From the NCBI GenBank assembly GCA_047495785.1, contig JBLDXI010000024.1, forward strand, positions 1,302,001 through 1,366,000: 64,000 bases of DNA, written 5' to 3'. Source of the DNA: Lepidodermella squamata. Lineage: Eukaryota > Animalia > Gastrotricha. Below, piece after piece: positions 13,631-24,493 of the stretch. The notes beneath the pieces are model-generated. The model was not told the origin of the DNA. It saw only the letters and a program-made list of their open reading frames with translations, and did no database searches. Positions within the stretch are counted from its first letter, which is position 1. Each line of letters begins with the position of its first letter. Made by a program: the position numbers and the translations under genes.

Positions 13631-14033
13631 TTATTGGCCTGAAGGTTTTTTGCATTCTGCCGAATACTTCCGATCGAGTGCAGCATTCTCACCTTTGCAA
13701 TAGTCCGCAGCTGAACAGTCGAATATCGAACAAGTATTATGCCGGCCCGTATATGGCAAATAGCAATTGCAGGTGCCATTAGCGCACTTTCCTTTGGTAA
13801 AACCCTTGCATATGCATTGACCGTTACAATCGTGGTATCCCGGACCTGGCCTATTACCAAAGATTGGGCCGCAGATACTGGCAGCAGCGATTGCCCTTTG
13901 TTAAAAAAATAAACATAGTTTTGTTATTAACTTTACCATTGCTTGAATAAGATTGAACTGACCCGTCTACGGACGACGATGAAACGAACAGAAGGAGCAT
14001 CCCAGCCAAGACGGCGGTCGACATCGGAGACAT
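13631..14033 (-). CDS. Secreted cysteine-rich defensin-like (CS-alpha-beta) peptide, spliced
   Basis: MSPMSTAVLAGMLLLFVSSSSVDG|AIAAASICGPIFGNRPGPGYHDCNGQCICKGFTKGKCANGTCNCYLPYTGRHNTCSIFDCSAADYCK(G|)Q*; 67 nt intron gtcagt..caaag and probable 54 nt intron gtgag..ttcag; TATA box upstream. Confidence 0.8.
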
Positions 14034-14067
14034 TGTGTGTAATGAGCTGGAATTATTGAAGAACGGA

Positions 14068-14075
14068 TTTATATA
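14068..14075 (-). promoter_or_regulatory. TATA box of the defensin-like gene
   Basis: TATATAAA on the minus strand about 35-40 nt upstream of the ATG. Confidence 0.5.
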
Positions 14076-14576
14076 TAATAATCCTCTAATGAAGTGTCAT
14101 TTGGGATTATTCGAGTCATTGAGGCATTAGCCCCAGGAAAAAATGAGGCTGTACGGCAATAGGAACAGAGAAATGCGGCAGATTTGGAATATTCTTATGT
14201 CTTATGATATCTTATGATATCCAGTTTTTTCGAATATAAACGATTGATGAGATTAGGCGCATTAGGTTTACCTCCAACGTTTCGTTTACTGATCGTATCT
14301 TCAGGGAATTTACAGAGAAAGCGTAAAGTTGAAATTTCAAATTAAGGCGGATAACAAGGATTTAAATTTATGATACCTAGTAAGGTTTAAAATATTAATC
14401 TGATCTGATGATTAATCTTATTCTAGTGGAGATTTCCCGTCGAGGACAAGGAAACCGGACGAAACTAGAAAGAGAAGAGAGATTGAATTTTAAAGATGCA
14501 AATAAGAGCAAAATGTAGGATGTGATGAAAAATTTGAGAATTATATAGCGAACAGGAGGCGCAATGATAGGCGCAT

Positions 14577-14863
14577 ACCCATAATCTGTTGAAAATATAA
14601 GGAGAATAACGTGAGGATAAACAACACGTTTACACGAAGTACAAAGCTTCGTTGCATTTCAACGAAACTTTTATGGGCAGAGCGAAATTACATCGCGGGA
14701 TGGGCGACAGAATAGCCTAAAATAGAAAAATGCATGAAAAAAAGTGCGTTAAGCTTTTTTGCATCTCTGTCGCGTGCCGGAAAAACTAAGCGCCAGTTTT
14801 TTACGTCCATCAAAGCGTTGCGCCATTCATCTCTATGTTAGGCACGTCGTTCTGTCGTCCACC
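14577..14863 (+). repeat. ~290 bp repeat, copy 2
   Basis: Near-identical to 11327-11629 (acccataatctgttgaaaat...ttctgtcgtccacc). Confidence 0.85.
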
Positions 14864-15343
14864 CTGCGACTTATGAGCCCGAAATAGCAAATAGCCCGAT
14901 GGCTCGACAAGAAAATGTCATTAGTCAACGTAGGCCAGCATCTCCGACAGAATTGTGAATAGGTATGCAATTCCCACCCGGCACCTTCCGCACTAGGTGC
15001 CGAGTTGGTGCAGAATGAGGTGCCAAATAGCTTTGGAAATGGTTATGGATTTTTTGTTTCATATTTCTAGCCTGTATACTTTTCAAAATTTATGTCTTTT
15101 AAACTAGGGGGTGATGGAAAGCGGTAACGATTGAGGTCAACAACCCGAAGAAAATCCTAAATTTCGAAAGAAATCTGAGTAAAGGTGCCTGCACAAAGCG
15201 GGAACATTTTTCAATAGCTTTCTTTCAAAATTGTGCCAAGAAATAGAAGCTTTCTGGTGCCTTGCAATTGACGCATTCATAGCATGGTAGCCAGGTGAAC
15301 ATCACGTTTACTCGCACGGGAAGCCCGTTTAGCTTGTTATGTA

Positions 15344-15811
15344 CAGTGAAAGTTGTTTAAACCGGACCGGTCTAAACCGGACGATTTCGGGTGGCTCGAT
15401 CCGAAAGTGTGGACTTTACATTATAATTTTATTGTCTAAACCGGACTCTCTAAACCGGACTGGTGTATAAACCGGACGGATTTGGGGCTCGAAGTCCGGT
15501 TTATGCAATAAAAAGTCTAATTTTCTATATAATTTTGAAGAATGTGCCAGCCCCTGCCTGACAAGAGTAGCCTCAAAATTTCGAAAAAAATTTAAATTCA
15601 AAATTATTGCGAATATAGCTCAATATGCTGATTATTTATATTAAAATTGTCGATTCCGTACTCAAAAACTATTACTTAGCTTCTAATACTTAAAAATTCC
15701 ATGAATTTCACGTGGTATTTCCTATACCGGACTCGGTCCGGTTTAAAATAATTCGGACTTTCTCTAAACCGGCCTGGCACGACTTTAGTCCGGTTTAGAC
15801 AACTTTCACTG
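15344..15811. mobile_element. Tc1/mariner-type MITE, TA TSD
   Basis: TIRs cagtgaaagttgtttaaaccggac / gtccggtttagacaactttcactg, TA on both sides, many internal taaaccggac motifs. Confidence 0.88.
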
Positions 15812-16689
15812 TAGTTGGTCAGCATCTTCTTCGCGGTGCTTTCACATAATCGCTCGAGCGGCCAACTCTTGGATGAGTCGGATTTCCTGTTTACGTATTT
15901 CGACTCAAGCATCAGCGCGTAGAGGCCACATCGAGCGTGATTTGATGGATCCAATGGATTCGATCTGTTTTTGAATAACAGCTTTATATCAAGTATGAAA
16001 CCGATAATTTATTCTTGTCACAAGGCTCGAAAAAGGCCTCATTCACCTTTATTTTGACTTCACAAGCAGATTCACTTTCCGAACCAACAAGTTCATTCTG
16101 TATTTACTTTGATGCTATGTTTTGACTATGAAACCTCACAAGTTAGAATTATGCATTTCTAATGACAAATAGCTGACATGTTTTGCGGATCAACCTTCAC
16201 GAATTCGACCAACCGTAAGGAGTATTTTCTTTCAAGTTGGGAAAAGTTTAAAACACTATGCTATTTCAGCCACCCGTCCGTCATCGCATTGGCTTAGCTT
16301 CCTTACTTTAACTGCGAACAAAAGCATGAGCATTTGTTTTACCCTGAATTTGAGTGTACAATTTTAGTGGAATGGACTGCTATAGGAACAACACGGTATA
16401 ATGCTTAGAAATAGTGATAACAAGTTACAATTCACCACTCACTCAGCACACAATGTGAGCTCCTAATGCATATGGCCATCAATTATTCAGTAAAAATCAT
16501 CGTGTGATGCATTTGAAATAAACCGTCCAGATTTGATTTTTCACGATAATACAACTCGATCATTTGTGCATTGGCGATTGCTTTCATAAGCAACGCGAAG
16601 AAATAGTTAACGAAATTCGTGGTGTCAATTGGCTCTTCGTAGTACATATAACGCGAAGTGTTAAACAACTTGTAATAGTGCCTCGAATT

Positions 16690-17952
16690 ATGGGCATAGA
16701 TTCCGTCAACATCTGTCTGGTCAACAACAGAAGTGCCTTCTACGCCGGAGAGGTGATCAACGGCATTTGTCTGGTGACAGCAAGTAGGAACACCCAGTCG
16801 GTTCCAATCATCAAAATTCAAATTCAGGGCCTCGCGAAAGCTCGATGGGAAAGGCGTGATTTCCACCATAACGATTTTCGGAACCTTTTTTCGACAGAAT
16901 TCGACATAACAATCCCGGGCGGCATTGTTCCACCTGGCCAGCACAGCTTTCCCTTTTCATTTCAAACTCCTAACAAGTAAGTCTGGAAATTAATCGATAT
17001 TAAATATTGAGGTATCTCATGCCTTAGTTTACCAAGCTCTTTCGAGAGATTAAAAAGAGACGCCAGTGCTAACGTTAGGTATTGGATTCAGGCACTCGTT
17101 CCACAAGATTCGTCCAAGCCTCCTGTGACGAGTTCAATTTCATTCATGCTTGTGCAACCCATCGATCCAAATATTCCACAATTTAATGTAAGCATAAAAT
17201 AGCCCTTTATTTCAAGCCAGATTATACCTTTCCGTGTTCAGTTTTCTGTTCGTGGAGATGACTCCAAAGAGATAGGATGCAGCATGTGCGGTGAGGCCCA
17301 ACGTGCCGTCATCGTGGCTCAAATCGATAGAGCTGCTTATTGCCCGTTAGAGATCGTTCGCGTAACAGCGACAATTGATAACCTGTCTTCACGCCGGTTG
17401 ATGCCTTACTTGCACCTTGTTCAACGCACGCTTGTTGGAGATGATCTGCCCAAGTCGCAAAACTGGCGCCTGCAACCTATTGACCGATCGGGCGGCAACC
17501 CTTTCGATGAAATGTTGGGATCGAATGAAAAATTAGAACTGGTGAACCGAGGCTTCGTCATTCCTAATGTACAACCTTCGATTTCGATTCCAGGGCTATT
17601 GAACGTTAGCTATCACATCGAAATCTACCTTGAAATTGGAATGTCAGTATTAGATCTTAAAGTCTATCTGCCCATTATTATTGCGAGCATCCCATATCGT
17701 GGCAACGACCAGCCGATGGCATTGATGAATCAACCCAAGGCGGCAATTATGACGACCTTTAACAGCGCAACCCCATGGACTGGAGCTGGCAATTCACTAT
17801 GCCAAGGTATGCCGCCACCACCCCCGTCATTCGAATTAGGAACTTTGGCTGCTAGACCTTCAGGTCCACCTCCGCCTAGTTTCGAAGCTTCGTTCAAAGA
17901 GTTGAATCTAGGTATATCCGATGCCGATCATCTTCAAGTGTTTCGGGCATGA
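16690..17952 (+). CDS. Alpha-arrestin copy 3, A-type, 3 exons
   Basis: Close paralog of 8830-10116 with the same intron positions. Confidence 0.9.
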
Positions 17953-18345
17953 ATTAACACAATCATTATCGGTCCCGTTCGTGAATACAAGATGTGACTG
18001 AATCTTCAATAAAGCATTTGAAGAGCTATCAATTTTTGATGAGTGGTAGCGCATAAATCGAAATGAGTAGCGCACTTTTTCTTCCACTTCGCCCCTTCAT
18101 GCAACGTCCAGTACTGGTGTTTATAGTGCTAGATCAAAACTGTTTTAATTTTGAAATTACTGGACATAAAATTAATCACAGAATTCACATCGTATTCACA
18201 GAATAATTATTCACGGCCGGGAGGCAACCGAGCGGTCATGTAATGGGACCTAAGCCGCGGCGTCCTATAGTACGCGTCATGCAAATCCAGACTCGAAGAA
18301 TCTTTGACAAGGCTTGGCTTGCCATCCTCGATTCAACTTTATTTA

Positions 18346-20736
18346 CTAAGCTAATGTTGATCTAGGCTTCAACTTATTTCCAAGTTCATCTGCTTTCAAA
18401 TTAAATGCCGCCTCTTGGATTTCGTCCACTTTCAAAACTCGGGGCAAGTACGTAAACAAGGCATTAGACCCTGCAAAGCTCAGAAGAGCCCATGCCACAG
18501 CTATTTGTTGAGATGACGTATTACTCAGTGATAATAGGATTAGGAAACAAGCCGAAATAACTGCGAATGCATTGACTGCACTCAGAAGGAGAAAGTTAAT
18601 TTCGCGTATTGATTTCGCTGCTCCAGAACTTTTCAGTTCAAAGCCGAAAATGCAGGATATTGCCAACAGGAGGCAGTGAACCCCTACAAAACAAAACTGC
18701 CAAATTGTTTGGTAATCCGAATAACAAGATTGACTGCTGTATTCGACAAAGACATCCGCTTCAAAATCGTATATTTGCTTATTGAATATTTCATAGCATC
18801 GGATAGGATGAATCGTTAGCCAACAAGTCAGCATAAGGATATTGACCAATAAAATGAGCATTTTCATTTTTGTCTTTCCGTCACCCCCTATTTTAACTTG
18901 GAAATTATAATTTCTAACCGTGTTGGTAGATCGCGCAGATGTGTTAGTCACCCCAATACTGGATTTGTGTCTTCGCCATGAGCTCCTTAGTCTGAAATGA
19001 TCAGATGAGCACAATTTCGTATGAATGATTTTAGAAAAAATCGCTGAATTGACGATAGATAACCCAGTGACTAAGAATGCCACCCTAGCATGCCAGAGCT
19101 TGGCCTCAAGTTGCAGACTTTCCGAATCTGCGGTTAAAAGAACAGCCGATATAGAGCAAACCAAGCAACCAGCGTTACTGTATATGTTTGAATGCTTGAG
19201 ATCTCCAGGCTGGGAAGATTTAGCTATTTTAACTGACGAAAATATGAGAAAACCTGATAGAAGGCAAGCAGCAACTATAGATGCGGCAAAAACACTTTCT
19301 TGAACGGCTTCTCTTATAACAACATGTTCGGAAGAATCCTTGGGTGGTTCTTTATCTGGAGTTTGCCATGGAATTGGCGTCAGAAGATTGATGACAAAAT
19401 CATCATTATTCTGTCCAGTTGTATTCATAACTTGTTGGACAATCCCAATCAGCGCCATCGAACCGCTCGATAACCAATAAGAGATAGTGACCAGATCGGT
19501 GGCGAACTCTCCCGTTGAAGTGTACTTGTGTCTACCAACACGTAGCCCTTCAAAATCCAGGGCTATCGCGGAGTCATTGACGATCCCGCTTACGAAACGA
19601 GACATGCTAGAAGATTCGTGAAAGCTCAGGAGACTCTGCTTCATCCTTCGTAGGAGCTTATCTGCCGAATCAAGAGTTAGGATAGCCGCCAAGGTAGTGT
19701 CATGGCACTGATACCGGTATTGATAGTCATCGCCACGAGATCTATTTGTCCTCGCGTCAATCATCGCTTCAAATTGAGCAGCGCTGTAGCCCAAGTGACT
19801 TGGTCGATTCATATCCATTGGAGTTTGAATATTCGTAACCATAATCGTGATTCTGTACTGCTCAAGCACCATTGACTTGGTGCAGCCTGGACTATTTGTT
19901 ATATTGTTCGGAATCGACGAAGGGTCTGGTACACCTGGGGTTTGCATTATGAATGCGTACCTAGGACCAGTCATTCCAACCTCATAAGTTAGGCAGAAGA
20001 ATCGCCTAGCTAGTAGAACTTGGGTGTTCCAAAAGAAGACGATCCTTACGTCGAGTTTCTTCATGGTATAGATAAGACTCGGGTCATCCAGTGTTTGTAC
20101 ACCGTCGTAGAGAATTACGGTTACATTGTTCTCATGAGCGACTCTGTTTAGCATCTCAGCAGCTTCCATCGTACTGCTGCTACCAAGAAAAGCGATGATT
20201 GCGATCTTTTTCCACCTACCAAGTTTCCTCGCGATTTGAAGCATCGAGTGCGATACGATGAAGTTGACAGCCCGGGTTAAGTACAGATTTTTGTAACGAG
20301 TCCGGTCAATCAACATGCCACCAGCGCCTGAGATGGAAAACGCGACTAGGTCCATGTGGTGAAGGGCTGGACCTAACGCCTTACAGCCACTGGAGTAGTA
20401 ACCAGTGATCACAACAGGCGATAACTTCCTATTTCGGAACATCGTGACTGTATTTGATACTGATCTCAAACCGTCAGTGCCTTCGTCAGCAATGACAAGG
20501 TTCAAACGGTAGTCAGGTAGAATGTCGCTTCTGTTATTGATGTGATCGACGACTATTTCCGATGCAACTCGGCACTCGTAGCCGTTTCTTGGTGGGTTGC
20601 CTGTCAGGGGCAACAATTCAAGAATGTCTAAATCATGTTTCATAGATCTTGTTGATTGCAAGATGTAGGCAAGTGATATTAAGAAAACGATATGCATTTT
20701 TCTGAGTTCAAACTGTGACTTGCTATCTATTACCAT
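18346..20736 (-). CDS. Class C GPCR, GABA-B receptor-like, intronless
   Basis: 796 aa ORF: signal peptide, Venus flytrap domain (HINNRSDILPDYRLNL...D), no cysteine-rich linker, W.TPD..PPKD stalk, seven hydrophobic segments ending YLPRV. Confidence 0.88.
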   Translation of the reverse strand: MVIDSKSQFELRKMHIVFLISLAYILQSTRSMKHDLDILELLPLTGNPPRNGYECRVASEIVVDHINNRSDILPDYRLNLVIADEGTDGLRSVSNTVTMFRNRKLSPVVITGYYSSGCKALGPALHHMDLVAFSISGAGGMLIDRTRYKNLYLTRAVNFIVSHSMLQIARKLGRWKKIAIIAFLGSSSTMEAAEMLNRVAHENNVTVILYDGVQTLDDPSLIYTMKKLDVRIVFFWNTQVLLARRFFCLTYEVGMTGPRYAFIMQTPGVPDPSSIPNNITNSPGCTKSMVLEQYRITIMVTNIQTPMDMNRPSHLGYSAAQFEAMIDARTNRSRGDDYQYRYQCHDTTLAAILTLDSADKLLRRMKQSLLSFHESSSMSRFVSGIVNDSAIALDFEGLRVGRHKYTSTGEFATDLVTISYWLSSGSMALIGIVQQVMNTTGQNNDDFVINLLTPIPWQTPDKEPPKDSSEHVVIREAVQESVFAASIVAACLLSGFLIFSSVKIAKSSQPGDLKHSNIYSNAGCLVCSISAVLLTADSESLQLEAKLWHARVAFLVTGLSIVNSAIFSKIIHTKLCSSDHFRLRSSWRRHKSSIGVTNTSARSTNTVRNYNFQVKIGGDGKTKMKMLILLVNILMLTCWLTIHPIRCYEIFNKQIYDFEADVFVEYSSQSCYSDYQTIWQFCFVGVHCLLLAISCIFGFELKSSGAAKSIREINFLLLSAVNAFAVISACFLILLSLSNTSSQQIAVAWALLSFAGSNALFTYLPRVLKVDEIQEAAFNLKADELGNKLKPRSTLA

Positions 20737-22510
20737 GAAGCATCACTGAAAATTCAGTTGCCTTATAAAGGGACAACCTTTTAGAGCCTGCCCTAGCCAA
20801 TCCGTGGTTAAACGGATGCAAGTAAATATCTCGAAATAATCGTCTGGAAACTTGAGCTTAGCACGAACTCTTAGTTTAGATTTGTCAGTGAGATGACAAT
20901 TTTAAGACAAGAAAATCGTGCTGCACTGATAAAGGTCCGTAGGTCCGCTTTATATTGCTATTTAACGGCTGAACGTAGGATTTAATAATGTTCGACGTGT
21001 TGCTGTAATAGGTACGTCGCTGCGTGGCTTCTAAAAAAAACTTTTCGGAGATGATCTTGATGATGCGGAAACCAGTGACAAAGTGACTTCTATAGTGCAA
21101 CGGATTTCGAACTTCCCAGACATTCTCAAATTTCAAATTTGAAAAAACAACACTGACGATAAAGCTTTTCGAAAATTCAAGCAATAATAATTGGCTGGTA
21201 GGGCAGCGGTTCCCAAAACTTTCTGACTGGTACAAGTAAACAAATTCACAGCTGGAATTCAAGCATTGCTGACCTACTACTGACATGAGACGTAGGTAGG
21301 ACGCGGAAGCTTGAACCCTGCCATGCTGACTGAAGTGTTGGCGTTTGAATACGCATGAATATTCTGCATTTACAGCTTGAAAAATAAAAATGACAGGGTT
21401 TAATAATTATATTAAAATAAATAATTACTGACAATTTGTATAAAAATTAGAAAGGTCAAGTTCTAAAAGCTACAGGAAACTGTAAGGTTCCATGGTAACC
21501 AGGCTGGATCCAGGTTCCCGGAAACCGTTCAGGTCAAGATCTTGGAGGACGATGGCAAACGATGGTCTAAACTGTTGGCTGATGAACATGTTTGCATGAC
21601 ATGTTTTGGAATAAATTCCGCTTTGATTAATTGACACATGGCGTAGTTCTAGGTTTGTTACGCAATGAACCGGGAACACAGCCTAAGTAAAAAGTAATTC
21701 GTCTGCGAGTATTTTCTAGTGGCTTTTCCTCAATTGATGAGTAAATCCCCCATTGAAAGAAGGCCTGTTTTTTAAAGCGTCCCATCATTTATATCGCCCG
21801 TTTGTAGATCGGCCAAATTTTACCTGATTTCACCCCGAAGACAAGGCAATTGCAGCATAGGCGATCGGCCACCAGATTGGCCACCGGATTCTCAAATTTG
21901 ACTGGAACTAGCTGCTATTCATGCTATTACATCGCAAAAATGCAGTTATTCTTTCGGCCTTTCAATTTACTGAGGCGAGTTCCAGCTAAAATGAGCCAAA
22001 AGCTGTTCATTTGCTTGTCAAGTTCGTCGACAAAACTGGAGCATAGATCTCAATTCAGCCCAGCCTAAGGTTATTTCAATCGTTTATTTATTTTTCTCTA
22101 GTCATGCCAACTTAAACTTTTTACCTGAAACATGAAAGTTAGGCGGGAGCTTATGCCGGATTTTTCATTTCGACTTTCGATTAGCTACAGTAACTAGCTA
22201 CTAGAAAGCTGACAATTATTTCATTTATGAATAAGATTCCCGACTGCAGATTCAAGGGAAATTTCATGAATTTGCTATTTTTTCTGGGAATTTTCTGGAT
22301 AATTCGTATAATTCAAGGGATTTTATTCAGCAACGTTGATTCCCGGATCCATTTTGTCACGAGGTCAAAAAGCAACACAGATATTGGTTTTATTCAGCAA
22401 TTTTATTTAAAAAATAATTTGGATATTTGTTTCATCTCGCCCGAAGGCTCTGCCCGGTTTTTCACTTATAATGCTAAGCATTTGTTCGATTTAGCTATAT
22501 TTTATTCTAA

Positions 22511-24019
22511 ATGTTACTGACCACATTGAATTTATTCTTTGTGGCTGTCTTCCTCGGCGAGGATCCTCTCGCCTTGCTGGATTTGGGAGCTACGATTTTT
22601 AGCCTGGTTCTCATTGTCGTTTCAATTTCCCTGCTCGTCACTGGAGCTGTTCTCTTGTTTGCCTGTGTATGGATTTATTCCGGTAAAGGAGGGTGGCGAA
22701 AAGTCTTGTTATTCGCCGTTCTATGCCAGGCTGGTACGGACTTCGACTACCAGCGAAACTCCATGAGAGTTTCGGATGAGCAATACAAATGTTCGCATTC
22801 GCCGCAAATACTGTCTCATTCTTGCAGTTCGATGGATCTCGGGTAAATTAATCAAAAATTACGATATCCAACATGTTATTTTTCGATTTTTACGTGAAGC
22901 ATCGGATCTTGTGATCCATTTGCATACAGCTACTTCAAAGCGACGTTGCTTTTGCGGAGTGGCGATGTAATTTATCTGTGGAATTAAGACCATTTGAAAA
23001 AATATAATTTCACCTTGCTTAGGTTCAGTCGAACCCAGGCCCCGCGATAAAGTTCACGTCATTATCGCATGGCAAAAGCATTGCTAGTTCGAGCGGCCTA
23101 GCGTTACCCGGAAATACATCTTGGCAACAGGAGGAAACGACACCTCGTGTACCTCATACCCGAAAAATCAAGGATGATACGTTACCTGGTAAAAAAATTT
23201 TTCCTTTATGATGGTAAGATGCATCCTAATGTTATAGAAATTCCGGAAAAACGAGTTTTTGTCGAACAACCTGCTGCTGCTATCATCCTTCAACCCAATT
23301 TCGCCACCAAGAGAGCCGCAATAGCAACAGACGAAAATACTAGACTTTACGCGCCAACAGTCGCTGAATTGAGAGCGGCTGGGTAGCCTTAACAATCCAC
23401 TCCATCAGTTCGAAGGCGTACGATTTTCTCAGAGATTCAGCAATCCTAATGTTACCTCACTCCTCCACCATTAACGCGGTCACACCAGTCGATTACGAAC
23501 CCGGAATTTCGGAAAGCTGCTTGATAATGCTCGCTGAACAAATCAAATCTTCTACTAAACCTGAAAGTTATCGACTGGGCCTGATATCATTAGATGCCAT
23601 GTCAATATCAGGCGGCTTAGAGATTGTTGATAAGGGTAATACAATTGTGGGGATGTCCCTGGATGAACCTGGAACACCAGCTACGCAGTGTTTGTCCATC
23701 GTCCTGAAATTTGTCGAAAATGTTACTACTGTAAACGTCGCCAATTTTCCAATGGTTAATATGCCTGTGGACAGAATTTCTCTTTTCTTGAAAAAGACAA
23801 TCGAGAAATTGTTTCAATTGCCAACCCCAGTAATTGTTATCGCTGCGACGTGGGATGGCGCTGGAGAAAACTGGCCTGGTAAAACACTTCGGATCTGATG
23901 GTTTTCCTCATCCTTTCGCTGAAGGCGTGAAAGTTCACCTGCTATTCGACCCGCCTCACATTTTGAAAATTTGTCGAAATGCTATAATTCATAAAAAGGT
24001 AGGCTCATGGGTTTCCTGA
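22511..24019 (+). pseudogene. P-element/THAP9-like transposase pseudogene with spliced hydrophobic leader and 2A-like motif
   Basis: Core motifs ALTIHSISSKAYDFLR...LPHSSTI, LISLDAMSI, ATQCLSIVL, TWDGAGEN, FPHP, LFDPPHILKICRN; frameshifts near 23378 and 23875; 3' half absent; upstream exons 22511-22842, 22900-22966, 23023-23188 splice in frame to 23238. Confidence 0.82.
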
Positions 24020-24178
24020 ATGTCTTTCTAACGCCAATTTTTCTAGGTGATTTTTTCAAATTAATAGATTTGAAACGTAATTAAATTTAGTTAAAAGAAA
24101 AAAAAATTTAAAATTTTAAAATTTGTATACAAACATAATTAAAGCATTTATGTCGAATTTGCACTTCGACGGCCTGTA

Positions 24179-24380
24179 GCTGCTAGACCTTCTACTCCGC
24201 CTCCGCCGATTTTCCAAGGTTACTTCATAGGGTTGAATCTAGGTATTTTCGATGCCGATCATCTTCAGGTGTTTTGCGCGTAAATTAACGCATTCATTAT
24301 AGATCTCATTCATGAATACATTATGTGACTGAATCTTCAACAATCGCGTGGAAAGAGCTATCAATTTTTGATGAGTAGAA
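24179..24380 (+). pseudogene. 3' remnant of an A-type alpha-arrestin with its 3'UTR
   Basis: AARPSTPPPPIFQGYFIGLNLGIFDADHLQVFCA* aligns to the end of copy 3 (AARPSGPPPPSFEASFKELNLGISDADHLQVFRA*); the UTR matches ~17953-18043. Confidence 0.8.
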
Positions 24381-24493
24381 GAAAAATAATTGGAAATGAA
24401 TTGCAGTTTCGTGCTTTGTGATAAGTATAAGTCCAATAGCATCGACATAAAGCACGCGATCATTAGTCTAATACCAGTGTACTTTTCACAACC

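Noticed and set aside
13624-13860. ORF-track protein MVIGQVRDTT...
   Set aside because: Wrong frame; the overlapping frame gives a signal-peptide-linked Cys-patterned peptide.
12825-15240. Short diverged similarity between ~12825-12915 and ~15160-15240
   Set aside because: Real but short and degenerate; likely old duplication debris, boundaries not definable.
15344-15811. Repeated taaaccggac units resembling a CRISPR-like array
   Set aside because: Irregular spacing, both orientations, enclosed by TIRs with TA TSD: a MITE in eukaryotic DNA.
21470-21679. 69 aa minus-strand ORF between GPCR and transposase
   Set aside because: Non-ATG start, no motif, no supportable gene model.
21850-24178. 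Terminal inverted repeats and 8 bp TSD for the P-like element
   Set aside because: No matching pair found by eye; the right end appears deleted.
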